Below are positions 17,989-27,700 of a stretch of DNA of 64,000 nt, one piece after another. This DNA comes from a virus. The stretch covers positions 20,284 through 84,283 of the IMG/VR virus record IMGVR_UViG_3300020411_003820, one strand, 5' to 3'. The notes under the pieces were generated by a model. The model was not told the DNA's origin and did no database searches. It saw only the letters and a list, made by a program, of their open reading frames with translations. The translations under genes were made by a program, and so were the position numbers. The first letter of the stretch is position 1. Every line of letters starts with the position of its first letter.

Positions 17989-19043
17989 TAGAAACCTCCT
18001 AAAGTAAATGTAAATGGCTTAAAACTCATTGAACTCAAAGCATCCGATTCTGTTCTAGAAACTCCTGTTTTTTTCGTGGCAGTTTTAGTTCCAGAACTAG
18101 AAGAACTAGAGCCTCCGGAATAAGTTGATGTTATTCCTGTTTTTGCGCCGGCGCCGAGACTTGCAACAGGATCGCCCTTACTTACAGTTTTTGAGCTACT
18201 ACCGGGCGATTTTGATGTTTTTGTTCCGCCATGTGTAGAACCAGCTGAACCCTCCGAGGGATCCCATATTTGTTTGCCACCGGGGCCCATCAATCGCGGA
18301 TCATCACTGGAAACCCGTTCGGCATCTTCAAAGCCATCATTTTCCAATTTGTCTCTTACAACTGGATTTTCTCTTGGTGGTGTTTTTCTTGGGGCCGGCG
18401 GCGTATAAGTTTTAGCCGGTGGCGCGTCTTTTAAGCCGGCTATAATTAATTCTTCTTCGGATAATATGGCGGATTTGGTGCCGGGTTTGTTCATCATTAC
18501 CACCTCAAAAGGCATACAGTATTCAACACCATCAGAAGTTGTTATTAATATGTTTTTATTTAAATCACATTCATAATTTACTGTAAATTGATCTGCCCCG
18601 TTGCTTGTGTTGCTAACCATAATAGCAACATCGCCAGAAGGTATATACGAAATTTGCCTATCGTCCCTATCAGACGATAGTAGATCGTCACTATTTTCTC
18701 TCAATAAAACTATGCCATTCTTACTTGCTAACGCTTGCTTATATGCCTCTTCGAGTCCATACAATTTCTGTTTAGTTACATCACAAAATAACAATTTTTG
18801 ACCGCTATCAAAACCACATGCAAAATCAGTTTGATCCCTACCTTGTTTTGAATCACTAATTAATTCATACATTGGAGGTTCATCATCCAAAACTACTCGT
18901 TTGTTTGGTGGATCTGCTGGTGGATCTTTTTTGGTATTATTTATTAAAGACTGCCAGCCTTGCATTTCAGCTGCATCTTCTTTGGTAATTTTTGCTAAAT
19001 CACCTGATTTAGCTTCGTTAATTGCTGATTGTTTAGCTGGCAT
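17988..19043 (-). CDS. Hypothetical protein with Ser/Thr/Gly/Lys-rich C-terminus
   Basis: 351-aa ORF in the structural module. Confidence 0.55.
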   Translation of the reverse strand: MPAKQSAINEAKSGDLAKITKEDAAEMQGWQSLINNTKKDPPADPPNKRVVLDDEPPMYELISDSKQGRDQTDFACGFDSGQKLLFCDVTKQKLYGLEEAYKQALASKNGIVLLRENSDDLLSSDRDDRQISYIPSGDVAIMVSNTSNGADQFTVNYECDLNKNILITTSDGVEYCMPFEVVMMNKPGTKSAILSEEELIIAGLKDAPPAKTYTPPAPRKTPPRENPVVRDKLENDGFEDAERVSSDDPRLMGPGGKQIWDPSEGSAGSTHGGTKTSKSPGSSSKTVSKGDPVASLGAGAKTGITSTYSGGSSSSSSGTKTATKKTGVSRTESDALSSMSFKPFTFTLGGF

Positions 19044-19068
19044 TGCAAAATCTCACTATACTATAAAA

Positions 19069-19803
19069 CTAAATTTTTATTACTTCATCTTCATCAAAAT
19101 CAAAATTTAAATTTGGATTGGAAAAGTCCTTAAACTCAAGATTAGAATTATCAACTGTTGGATTGGCAACAAACTGTTGAGTAATTTTAAAAACCGGCAA
19201 CATCGCGTCAGATTTTAAGGTGAATTGAAGCTCATTAAGTTCTTGCACAATGTCAATTAAATTTGATGTTTCTGCTGTTTTTAATTTTTGTTGTCTTAAA
19301 TAAACTTCTTTAAGCTCTTCTTGTGGCTGGGGCTCAAACAATGTATTTTTACTAAAATTTTGAAACATTACTGTGGCCGGGATCATCGGAGCTTTTGAAA
19401 ATTGTTTTTTGACGCTTTTGATATCGGTGATGTTGGGATTAGGAATAACAGTGTTATCGGTTTCAGTCATTTTTAAAGAATAACCAGTTTTTAATTTAAT
19501 TTTTGTTCCGATATCATGTTCTTTGGAAACGGTATCTTTACTAATTTCAGTCACCACACCAGCACCGATAGAAGACATAATCGTCCTAGACATCTCTTTC
19601 ATACTCATATTTTTATCGGCTTGTGCAATTTGTCCAGATTTATTAAGACTATTAATTACTTTACCGATTTTGTTCATACGACCATCAGGTTCAACTGAGC
19701 AAAGTTTATCGCCTACGCGAGCGCGCTTTTTTAGTATTGGTACGGGACTTTTACCAATCCTTTTAACTTCCGCTAATTGCAGTGGTGTTATTTGTCTAGG
19801 CAT
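19069..19803 (-). CDS. Hypothetical protein
   Basis: 244-aa ORF with AAGGA RBS. Confidence 0.55.
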   Translation of the reverse strand: MPRQITPLQLAEVKRIGKSPVPILKKRARVGDKLCSVEPDGRMNKIGKVINSLNKSGQIAQADKNMSMKEMSRTIMSSIGAGVVTEISKDTVSKEHDIGTKIKLKTGYSLKMTETDNTVIPNPNITDIKSVKKQFSKAPMIPATVMFQNFSKNTLFEPQPQEELKEVYLRQQKLKTAETSNLIDIVQELNELQFTLKSDAMLPVFKITQQFVANPTVDNSNLEFKDFSNPNLNFDFDEDEVIKI

Positions 19804-19866
19804 TTTTATTGTTCCTTTGAAGTAAATATAATAAACTTATATTTTTTGTAATTTTTAGCGTATTTC

Positions 19867-22800
19867 CTACCCTTTATACCGCCCTGATGCTTTAATTACT
19901 GATTTTAACGCTGAAGTACTTGTTGATTCCAGTTGCCAAGTTCCATTGCTCATCATACTGTAGCAGCGGCACTTTTTGCTATTCTTCTTGAAGAGCTTGC
20001 CGCAGCAACAATCTTTTTTGCGTCTGCGCATGGCTCGATCTGATGGTGTTCCATATCTAGATTTATTATATTTCTCATACTTATTGCCATTTGTATAAAC
20101 CCAATAATATCCAGCAGGATCAGAGCCGGCAGGGTTCATGTATCGCACGTACCTGCAATCTAACTTGTTTTTATTATGGTACTCTTTATTCTTCTTTATG
20201 TACCCCGCTTCGTAGCTGGCTTGGTCATCTGAAATTGAATCCGAAGATGATGCCGCGGAGTCGTTCGCTGAGCTTTTGGCTGCTTTTTGCTCGGTGGCGC
20301 TGGGTTTGTCGCTGCCGCCCACATCAATCACTATAAGATCATTGTTGTAGGTCGTCCCAGTCGACCCGAATGATTGTTCCTTTTCTAGTGTGTGTGTCGG
20401 TTGACACTTGCCGTTTTCGTCTTCTGCTGTTAAAGATGGGCATACACAAATGCCATCTTTAACTATTTTACCGCTACACTTTTTAGCGCCCGGAAGGGCC
20501 ATCTGCATAAATGGGTTGCCACACTGGAAAGCGGTGGTTGGGCAACCGCCTTCAAACGCAGGATCAATTTCTTTTTCCATGGGGGGCAATGAAGCACGGA
20601 ATATGGCGTCATTATATTCTTGCTCGGCATCGCGATAGCGTGTTCTTTCATCGTTAATAAGCGACAAAAATTCGTTTCTATCATCAACCACAAAAGAGCT
20701 TCTAACATATGACTCATGTGTCGCTCTATAATTTCTCTGATAAATAACAGGATTGAAAATACCATTTTTACCATTACCGTCCAATTCGCTTGAAGTTTTT
20801 TGTAAATACCTACCAATTTTTGAGTTGGGTCCATAAAAATCATCAAATGTTTCTTGTAAAATATTCCAAAAAGCTTCAACTTGATCAAGATCTCCAGTAT
20901 CTGGGGATATTCTTTGCAACAAATCTCTTGCTTCAAGCAATTGATCTGAAGTATTTCCATTAAATCTGTCTGTCAAAAATTCCATGTGTCTAACATACAT
21001 GCACACAGAGTAAACCCATGGAGCGCGGGTTGGATCATCGGCATATCTTTGATTTATGGCAGTTTGGAAAAAGTCGTTAAAACGATTATCTATGTTATTA
21101 TAGCTACAAAATTGTCTTGCCAAGTCCACATACTCTTCTTTAAATATCATCATATTGTCATAGAAATTTTGTATTATTGCCAAGACACATTGTCTGGTAC
21201 CATCAGCAATATCAATCTCCACATCATATTTATCATAAACTTTATCTTCATACTTATCCAACGTTGCTTGTTGATCAATATTTTGAAACTCAAAAGCCAT
21301 AAGCCTATATCGATTGTTAATATAGTTTGCGTTTATATCTTCACCATAAATATAAGATAAATCAACACCAACTTTATCATTGAGAAGATTTTCGTTTACT
21401 ACATGAAGTGATCTCTGAGCTAGGTAAGAATTAATAACGATTGAGGGTGTTGAAGATTTTTTCGACTTATCATTACGGTTGAGTGCGGCGGAGGCTCTTC
21501 CAATATTTCCCGGTCCGCTACCTTTACCAAAAAGACCTATTCCTTTTCCGCCCCCACCAGAACTAAGTTTGTTTCCAGCGCTGAATAAAGTTGTCCCTCT
21601 TAGGCGATCGCTTGGTTTTGAAAAAGTCTCAGGGGGATTTTTTTGTGCAATTTCAATTTTTTCAGGAAATTCTTGATGAGGGGCGCCATTTTCATAAGTT
21701 GTACCATGTCTATAGATTTCGCCATGAGCATTTGGATGCGCGCCGCCGGGATGGTATTCGTTTGTTCCAGTCCGTTTTGGGTCAGTCCAACTCAGTGGCG
21801 TCACAAATGTCATTATTGGATGTTTGTGAGTTTGGTTTAATTTTGGTGATGGATCGTACTTATGTAGCCTTACTTGTAAAGGTTGATAGTAAGCTTGCAC
21901 AAAAGGCATTCCAAAAAAATCAATAATCCTATCAACATCAAATATATTTGCTACATACGAATTTTTTCTTATAGCTGTGTCATAATCAAACAGAAAATAA
22001 CCAAAAGTAACATTATACTCTTCCATTGCAAAATAATTATCGTTTAATAAACCTTGATATTCTGGATCATCTAGTGACCAAACCTTACCATTTGGCAACA
22101 TCATAAGTAGTAAATCGTCATCATCATAAGATGTAAATTCATCAGCACCTAATCCATCTATATAGCTTTCAAATCTGGTGTCTGCGGCCACATCATAATC
22201 AGCAAACGATACTCTACTTGATGGTTGATTGGTAGTAACTATTTTACGGTCTAAGAAAAAATTCTTTAGTAAATCAGAACCTTTTGACATTTGTTGTGCG
22301 ACAACTTTAGGATCTGGTAAATCATAAAGATTTTCTTTTTGTCTTCGATCAATTATTTTAGAGTTTGCTATCAAATTTTTGGCAACTTGTGGTTGTCGTT
22401 CTATAACAGCATTTGCGCGTGTTAGCAATGTTCCTAAATCTTCATAAAGCTGACCGGTGAATGTGCCTGTACTTCTTTCTGGCATAATACGGCGTGCTTT
22501 TTGTATTTCTGGCAAAATAGTAATAGAATTACTTGTAGCCATGGCAAACTTAATCGAGTTAATAGATTCCATCAAGGGGCCTGGTCGGGGAGATGCGGCA
22601 TTCTCTGCGAGTGCTTCTGGCTGATATGAGTCCAAAACTGCATTAAATTTTTGGATGATTTCAGGTCTTAAGTCAGGAACAGATTTATGGTGGGTGCCAT
22701 TAATACTTTGCATAGGAACATCGTTATATAACTCGTTATTAATATCAAAAAATTTAGTTTGTACTTGATTAGGAACAGTAAACGTAGGACTCTGGAAGTT

Positions 22801-23562
22801 TCCATCAGAAATTAGTAACCTTTCGTACGCAATGTCTGAAAAATACAGAGCATTTGCTCGACTTGTTGTCATTCTATTGCGATTTTTAGGATTAAACAAT
22901 TGACTTATTGGCTCTATACTACTAAACGCCAGTAAAGACAAGTCGCCGGCGGCGCCAGCAGACTTGTAACCGCTAAAAGGATAAAGCATGTCGTGTACTT
23001 TTTCTTTTACAATGCCAGAAACTTTAACTACTCTAGTCTCACCGTCAGTTGTAAAGTTAGAATATTCTTTTTTCAGCATTTTTTCTCGCAATTGCTTTTC
23101 ATCAATATCAACGATTATAGAATCGCTATCTTTATCAATAGATTTTAAAACATCAAACAACAGGGAGCTATCGTAAGTTAGCATCTCTACAACATCAAAT
23201 GGATTGGAAAGGGTATTTAATTTTGCAATTGGTAATCCAAAACTTTTATAATCCAAAATGTCTGGGTTGTCGTCTTGTTTAATTTTATTGATGACGCCGG
23301 CTTGTTCGCCTATATATGAAGGTGTTCTTGCTAGAAGCATATAAAAATGATAGCTTGACAATGTTTCAGATATTATTGCCATATTTTCTTCAAGTTTTTT
23401 ATCTTGAATTTCTGGTGGCATGTTAAATAAAAATGAATAATGTATTTCAACCGTTATCATCTGATCGCCTTGATCGTCAATATAAACCCTATCAATATAA
23501 GGGACCGGATAATATTCACCGAAATTTTTCTGTAAATTTCCTTCTAAAATTAATCTTGACAT
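19867..23562 (-). CDS. Large virion-associated protein with Cys-rich C-terminus
   Basis: 1231 aa. C-terminal GCPTTAFQC...CSGKIVKDGICVCP...GKC and DCCCGKLFKKNSKKCRC. Confidence 0.55.
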   Translation of the reverse strand: MSRLILEGNLQKNFGEYYPVPYIDRVYIDDQGDQMITVEIHYSFLFNMPPEIQDKKLEENMAIISETLSSYHFYMLLARTPSYIGEQAGVINKIKQDDNPDILDYKSFGLPIAKLNTLSNPFDVVEMLTYDSSLLFDVLKSIDKDSDSIIVDIDEKQLREKMLKKEYSNFTTDGETRVVKVSGIVKEKVHDMLYPFSGYKSAGAAGDLSLLAFSSIEPISQLFNPKNRNRMTTSRANALYFSDIAYERLLISDGNFQSPTFTVPNQVQTKFFDINNELYNDVPMQSINGTHHKSVPDLRPEIIQKFNAVLDSYQPEALAENAASPRPGPLMESINSIKFAMATSNSITILPEIQKARRIMPERSTGTFTGQLYEDLGTLLTRANAVIERQPQVAKNLIANSKIIDRRQKENLYDLPDPKVVAQQMSKGSDLLKNFFLDRKIVTTNQPSSRVSFADYDVAADTRFESYIDGLGADEFTSYDDDDLLLMMLPNGKVWSLDDPEYQGLLNDNYFAMEEYNVTFGYFLFDYDTAIRKNSYVANIFDVDRIIDFFGMPFVQAYYQPLQVRLHKYDPSPKLNQTHKHPIMTFVTPLSWTDPKRTGTNEYHPGGAHPNAHGEIYRHGTTYENGAPHQEFPEKIEIAQKNPPETFSKPSDRLRGTTLFSAGNKLSSGGGGKGIGLFGKGSGPGNIGRASAALNRNDKSKKSSTPSIVINSYLAQRSLHVVNENLLNDKVGVDLSYIYGEDINANYINNRYRLMAFEFQNIDQQATLDKYEDKVYDKYDVEIDIADGTRQCVLAIIQNFYDNMMIFKEEYVDLARQFCSYNNIDNRFNDFFQTAINQRYADDPTRAPWVYSVCMYVRHMEFLTDRFNGNTSDQLLEARDLLQRISPDTGDLDQVEAFWNILQETFDDFYGPNSKIGRYLQKTSSELDGNGKNGIFNPVIYQRNYRATHESYVRSSFVVDDRNEFLSLINDERTRYRDAEQEYNDAIFRASLPPMEKEIDPAFEGGCPTTAFQCGNPFMQMALPGAKKCSGKIVKDGICVCPSLTAEDENGKCQPTHTLEKEQSFGSTGTTYNNDLIVIDVGGSDKPSATEQKAAKSSANDSAASSSDSISDDQASYEAGYIKKNKEYHNKNKLDCRYVRYMNPAGSDPAGYYWVYTNGNKYEKYNKSRYGTPSDRAMRRRKKDCCCGKLFKKNSKKCRCYSMMSNGTWQLESTSTSALKSVIKASGRYKG

Positions 23563-24674
23563 ATTTCAGGTACTCCTGCGTTTTCTCCATAAATATCGCC
23601 AGCGCCGGCGCCGGGTTGACTTGATAATGAATCTGAGGCAGCGTTGTCGCCCGCACTTGCAACACCATAAATGTCAACATTTACATTAGTGCTATCCGAA
23701 TGAGTGCAATCAAAATCAAGATCAACATAAAACGATTCTTTATTAAACATTGTTGCACCGCGACAAGCAACTGTTCTGTCAACTTCTTTATCTTTAAGCA
23801 TATCAAAATAATATTCAACAGACTGAGTTGTTTGATCTTCGGGGTTGACTTGGTGACGTGGTATTTTTTCGGACATCATTAAACCATCAATAATTTGTGG
23901 TTCTTTTTTATTGTAATATTTTCTTTTTAAAAATTTTATTACAAGGGGTTCACCATCTATAAGCTTCTTATCTTTAGGTTCATGTTCTGCATATTCAAAA
24001 ACTTCAATATCAAAATTTTCAGTTAATAGCTGCGTATTAACTTCTTCAAAATATAAAACTGGACTAGTTCTTTCCAAATAAACAACTTTATTATCTTCCA
24101 AAGGGCTTGTTACTAATTGAACATCTAGAGGATCTTGCGATTTAAAAACCTTATTGTTGTTATATTCATCAGCATCCATCACTTTTAACACATAACTAGA
24201 GCTAATGTTAATCTGCGGTATTCTGTTTTCGTTTTTGAAATCCATAAAATGTGACGAACTTATTTGCCCTTGTAATGTCACAACTTTCCACGATGGTGCG
24301 ACCCTAGATTCACCTAACAAAAACGCATCTCCCAATATTTGATCAAAACGATAGAATTCAGTACTTTGCACTTCTTCTCTTGGCCTTACATCACCGGGCT
24401 TAAATTCCATCTCATCAATTGCATCATCTAATCCATAATCTTCCAAATCTTGAAATAACACAAGCCCTTCGAGATATTGTGTATCTTCTTTGATTCTTTT
24501 TCTAGCAGAGCTTTGAGTCTCAGATATGCCGGCATAAGCAGCATCATAGATAATATTGTCATCTAAAAAAGCATAATATTCTGGCTTAAAAGTGCCAGCA
24601 CCAAGAAGATATTTACCATGGGAGGTAAGCTTTAATTCAATAACTTCTTCTTTTTTGTCTAATAATCTAGCCAT
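23550..24674 (-). CDS. Virion structural protein
   Basis: N-terminus (LKLTSHGKYLLGAGTFKPEYYAFLDDNIIYD) is paralogous to that of 12472..13500. Confidence 0.55.
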   Translation of the reverse strand: MARLLDKKEEVIELKLTSHGKYLLGAGTFKPEYYAFLDDNIIYDAAYAGISETQSSARKRIKEDTQYLEGLVLFQDLEDYGLDDAIDEMEFKPGDVRPREEVQSTEFYRFDQILGDAFLLGESRVAPSWKVVTLQGQISSSHFMDFKNENRIPQINISSSYVLKVMDADEYNNNKVFKSQDPLDVQLVTSPLEDNKVVYLERTSPVLYFEEVNTQLLTENFDIEVFEYAEHEPKDKKLIDGEPLVIKFLKRKYYNKKEPQIIDGLMMSEKIPRHQVNPEDQTTQSVEYYFDMLKDKEVDRTVACRGATMFNKESFYVDLDFDCTHSDSTNVNVDIYGVASAGDNAASDSLSSQPGAGAGDIYGENAGVPEICQD

Positions 24675-24711
24675 CAGTATTAATTAGCCTCTCTAGATAT
24701 TTTTAAATTCA

Positions 24712-27700
24712 TTACTTCTTACCGCCTTGATTGCCGCCGCCTTGGTTTGAACCTCCTGACTTGTTAAAGCTGTCACCGAATAAGCCAGTTGAAAAACTTG
24801 GCATAGAAAATTTAACTCCTGTAGGTTGTTTAATTGGATCCTTGGGTTCAGGATTTGTGGATATATCTTCTCCAGATTCGTTTAAATTCAAACGTTCTAG
24901 AGCATCATTGACGGCGATTTGCGGTGTTATTCCCACAGAAATTTGTTTAGCTATTAATTTTGGATCTGGTAATTCTTCGTTGTCTTTTTCGTAAGGTTTA
25001 GATTGTTTTTCATCGATTTCTTCCATAATAAGGTTTGTTGTTTTAACAACCTTGTCATCATATAAGACTTCAATCTCAACTTTTACACCTTCGACAATTG
25101 AAAGATAATCGTATGGCCAGTTATACTGTAGTTCATAGGTGTTTTCTCTAATAACACCATTTCCATCTGTATCGTCTAAAACGTTTTCAGAAAAATCTAG
25201 ATTATATTGCAAACTTTTACTAGCGATATCTTCTAATGTGTTGGCTGTCTTTTGTTGGGCGCCCACCTGTGTTGCAACGTGCGAGAAATAATCACCAGTA
25301 GCTTTTTGTTTAACTTTGAAAAACATCCATTGTACATCTTTATCTAAAAGTTCTTGTGCATCTAGCAACTCAGTGTTGTTTAGTTCATGAGCAATAGAAG
25401 ACTCTTGAAAACTTACCTTTTTGTAATTTCGTGGCGCTATGTTTTGCCAAATATACGACAAATCATCTTTATCAAGCTTATAGTGAAAATCAAAAATGTA
25501 CATGGCAATTGGCGGTGCAGCTGGGTTTCTTAAGAAATCAAATTGTGGAGGTAAAATGTATTTCTTCATTTTTCTCACCAATCTTCTAATTGACTCACCA
25601 GCAACATCTAGAGACTGCCCAGTATCAGTTTGAGAATTTGCCGCTAGAGCCGCAGCTACTCGGAATGGCTCAATTCCAAAAAATTCTTTTCTAGTTCTAT
25701 TGCTTTGAACGTTAGCTTGAGAAGCGTTTCCAACTAAAACATTTCTATATGGAATTCCAACGACAGCTTCGCGAATAACTTTGTATCTTGCTATTTCACC
25801 GAGTCTTACTGGTGTCTTTTTAAATTGGAAAACGTCCGCAAGTGATTTCATATCAGAATGTATATTAGCGCCGTTAGCATCAACATCATTGCCGTTGTAT
25901 AATGAGCTTGTTTGACGGACCATATAATGGTATTTCAGCCAGTTTTTCGGAATATCAGACATTTCCATAAAAATGCCGCGGTTTTTGTCAGGCTCTAAAT
26001 ACCCAAATTGATGCCACATACCGTGAGGCACAGAAGCGCTGGCGAAGAGAGGCACCGATCCTTCACTGAGTGCGCCTATGTGAGATGCGGGTCTGTACCT
26101 AGAGTTAAAGTTAAGCATTGGTGTTTCAAATTTTGGCTTAATGACCCATCTTGTTGCTTTAGTTTCGTTGCGCTTCGCATTAGGGTTTCCAAACTGATCT
26201 GTTTCCAAGAAACTTTCTTTTCGAATTCCAAAAACATTCAAACTAGCAGACACTTGCATTGCACTAGCATTAACGTTGCGACCATCATAGATGCACTGTT
26301 CCCTGTGAGAACTACTGATATATGCGGGGGTACCGGTGTGGCCGTGTCCATCTTTACTGATTACAGGTCCGGGATCAACTCGCCAACATTGATGTTCTAC
26401 TTCTTCTAAAACTTCTTCTAACGTATATTGTGTTTTGTTTGGCCTGAACACCAAATCCATCCAAGCCTCACCGTGATAATATGGAGGCGTATAAGCCCAG
26501 TTGTATCCTTCAAGCGAATCTTTGATTCCGTACATGGAAGCTGAGGCAGCGCGGTGCGCATTTGTAAGCACTCTACCGGACACTGGGGGTCCAAATGCGG
26601 ACGGTCTACTGTACATAGTGTAAGATTCTCTTGTGATATCTCCATTTTGAGCAACGTTGTTAGCACCAAGAGAACCTGTAAATTTTTGAGCTATGTATGG
26701 GTGTATGGGATCTTGTGGTAATTCGTAGCCGGCGCCGGATACAAACGCTTGGATACGCGTATCGAAAAAGCGACCTCCAAGCGGGGAATAGGCGCCATTA
26801 GGATATGTACTTCCCCATGCATCGCGATCGAAAGAATAGTAACGCCGTGTAGCGCCAGCAATAGGCGTGGTGCCTTGTTCGTTGTCACCTGTGTCGCCGG
26901 CGCCACCGGTGGTATTAATATCTTGAATTGATTGGAAGGTACCGAGAGATCTTTTAAGCCTCAAGCGAGCGCCATATACTGTTCCTGATTTAAATGTAAT
27001 AATATTGTCATCAACTCTACCAGAAACTAATTCCGTGTAGGTTCTACCTCTTAAGAAAAAGTTAGCTGTTTCTCCAAAAAAGTTTCTTGCCATTAATGTG
27101 TAAAAGCTGTCGTTATTATTAGATACTAGTGAGGCACTGAAATCAACAGTTGCAGATGGGTGAGGTTCTAAATCGGCAAAATCTTCTCCAAGCATTGAGC
27201 CTTCTGGGGCCAAAATTGTTTCAAAAGGTAACCGAGTGTCCCAGAATGGTGTGCCGGATTCCCATGGCGCATTACTCTGTGCTGGTTCAAGCACTGATGC
27301 TGTACAGTGAATCATATATGTGTGCAGGTCAACTGCGGACTCCATTCCAGCATATTCATCAAAATTGCTAATTCTTGCGTAGTCCTTGGCGTTTCCTTTA
27401 TATAATGAGCCAAAAATAGCAGGCCAGTCAACAGCCATACCAGATTTAATTGAATTAAATAAAATTCCAGGCATAAATAAAGGTTGATATACGGGACGCG
27501 CATTACCAAACAGTGCGCCGGCTGGTAGCCAGTCTGTACCGTCGTGTTTACCTTTTGTTCTTTTTGTTTGTATTGAATTGTTGTAGGAGCTACTAAATTG
27601 TCTAACCAAGTCAATTGTTCTTTGTGCTGGATAAAAACCCTTGTATGGATTCCACTTCTTCACCGCTTTCACAGAAATTTTTATTTCTTTAGCGGTTAAG

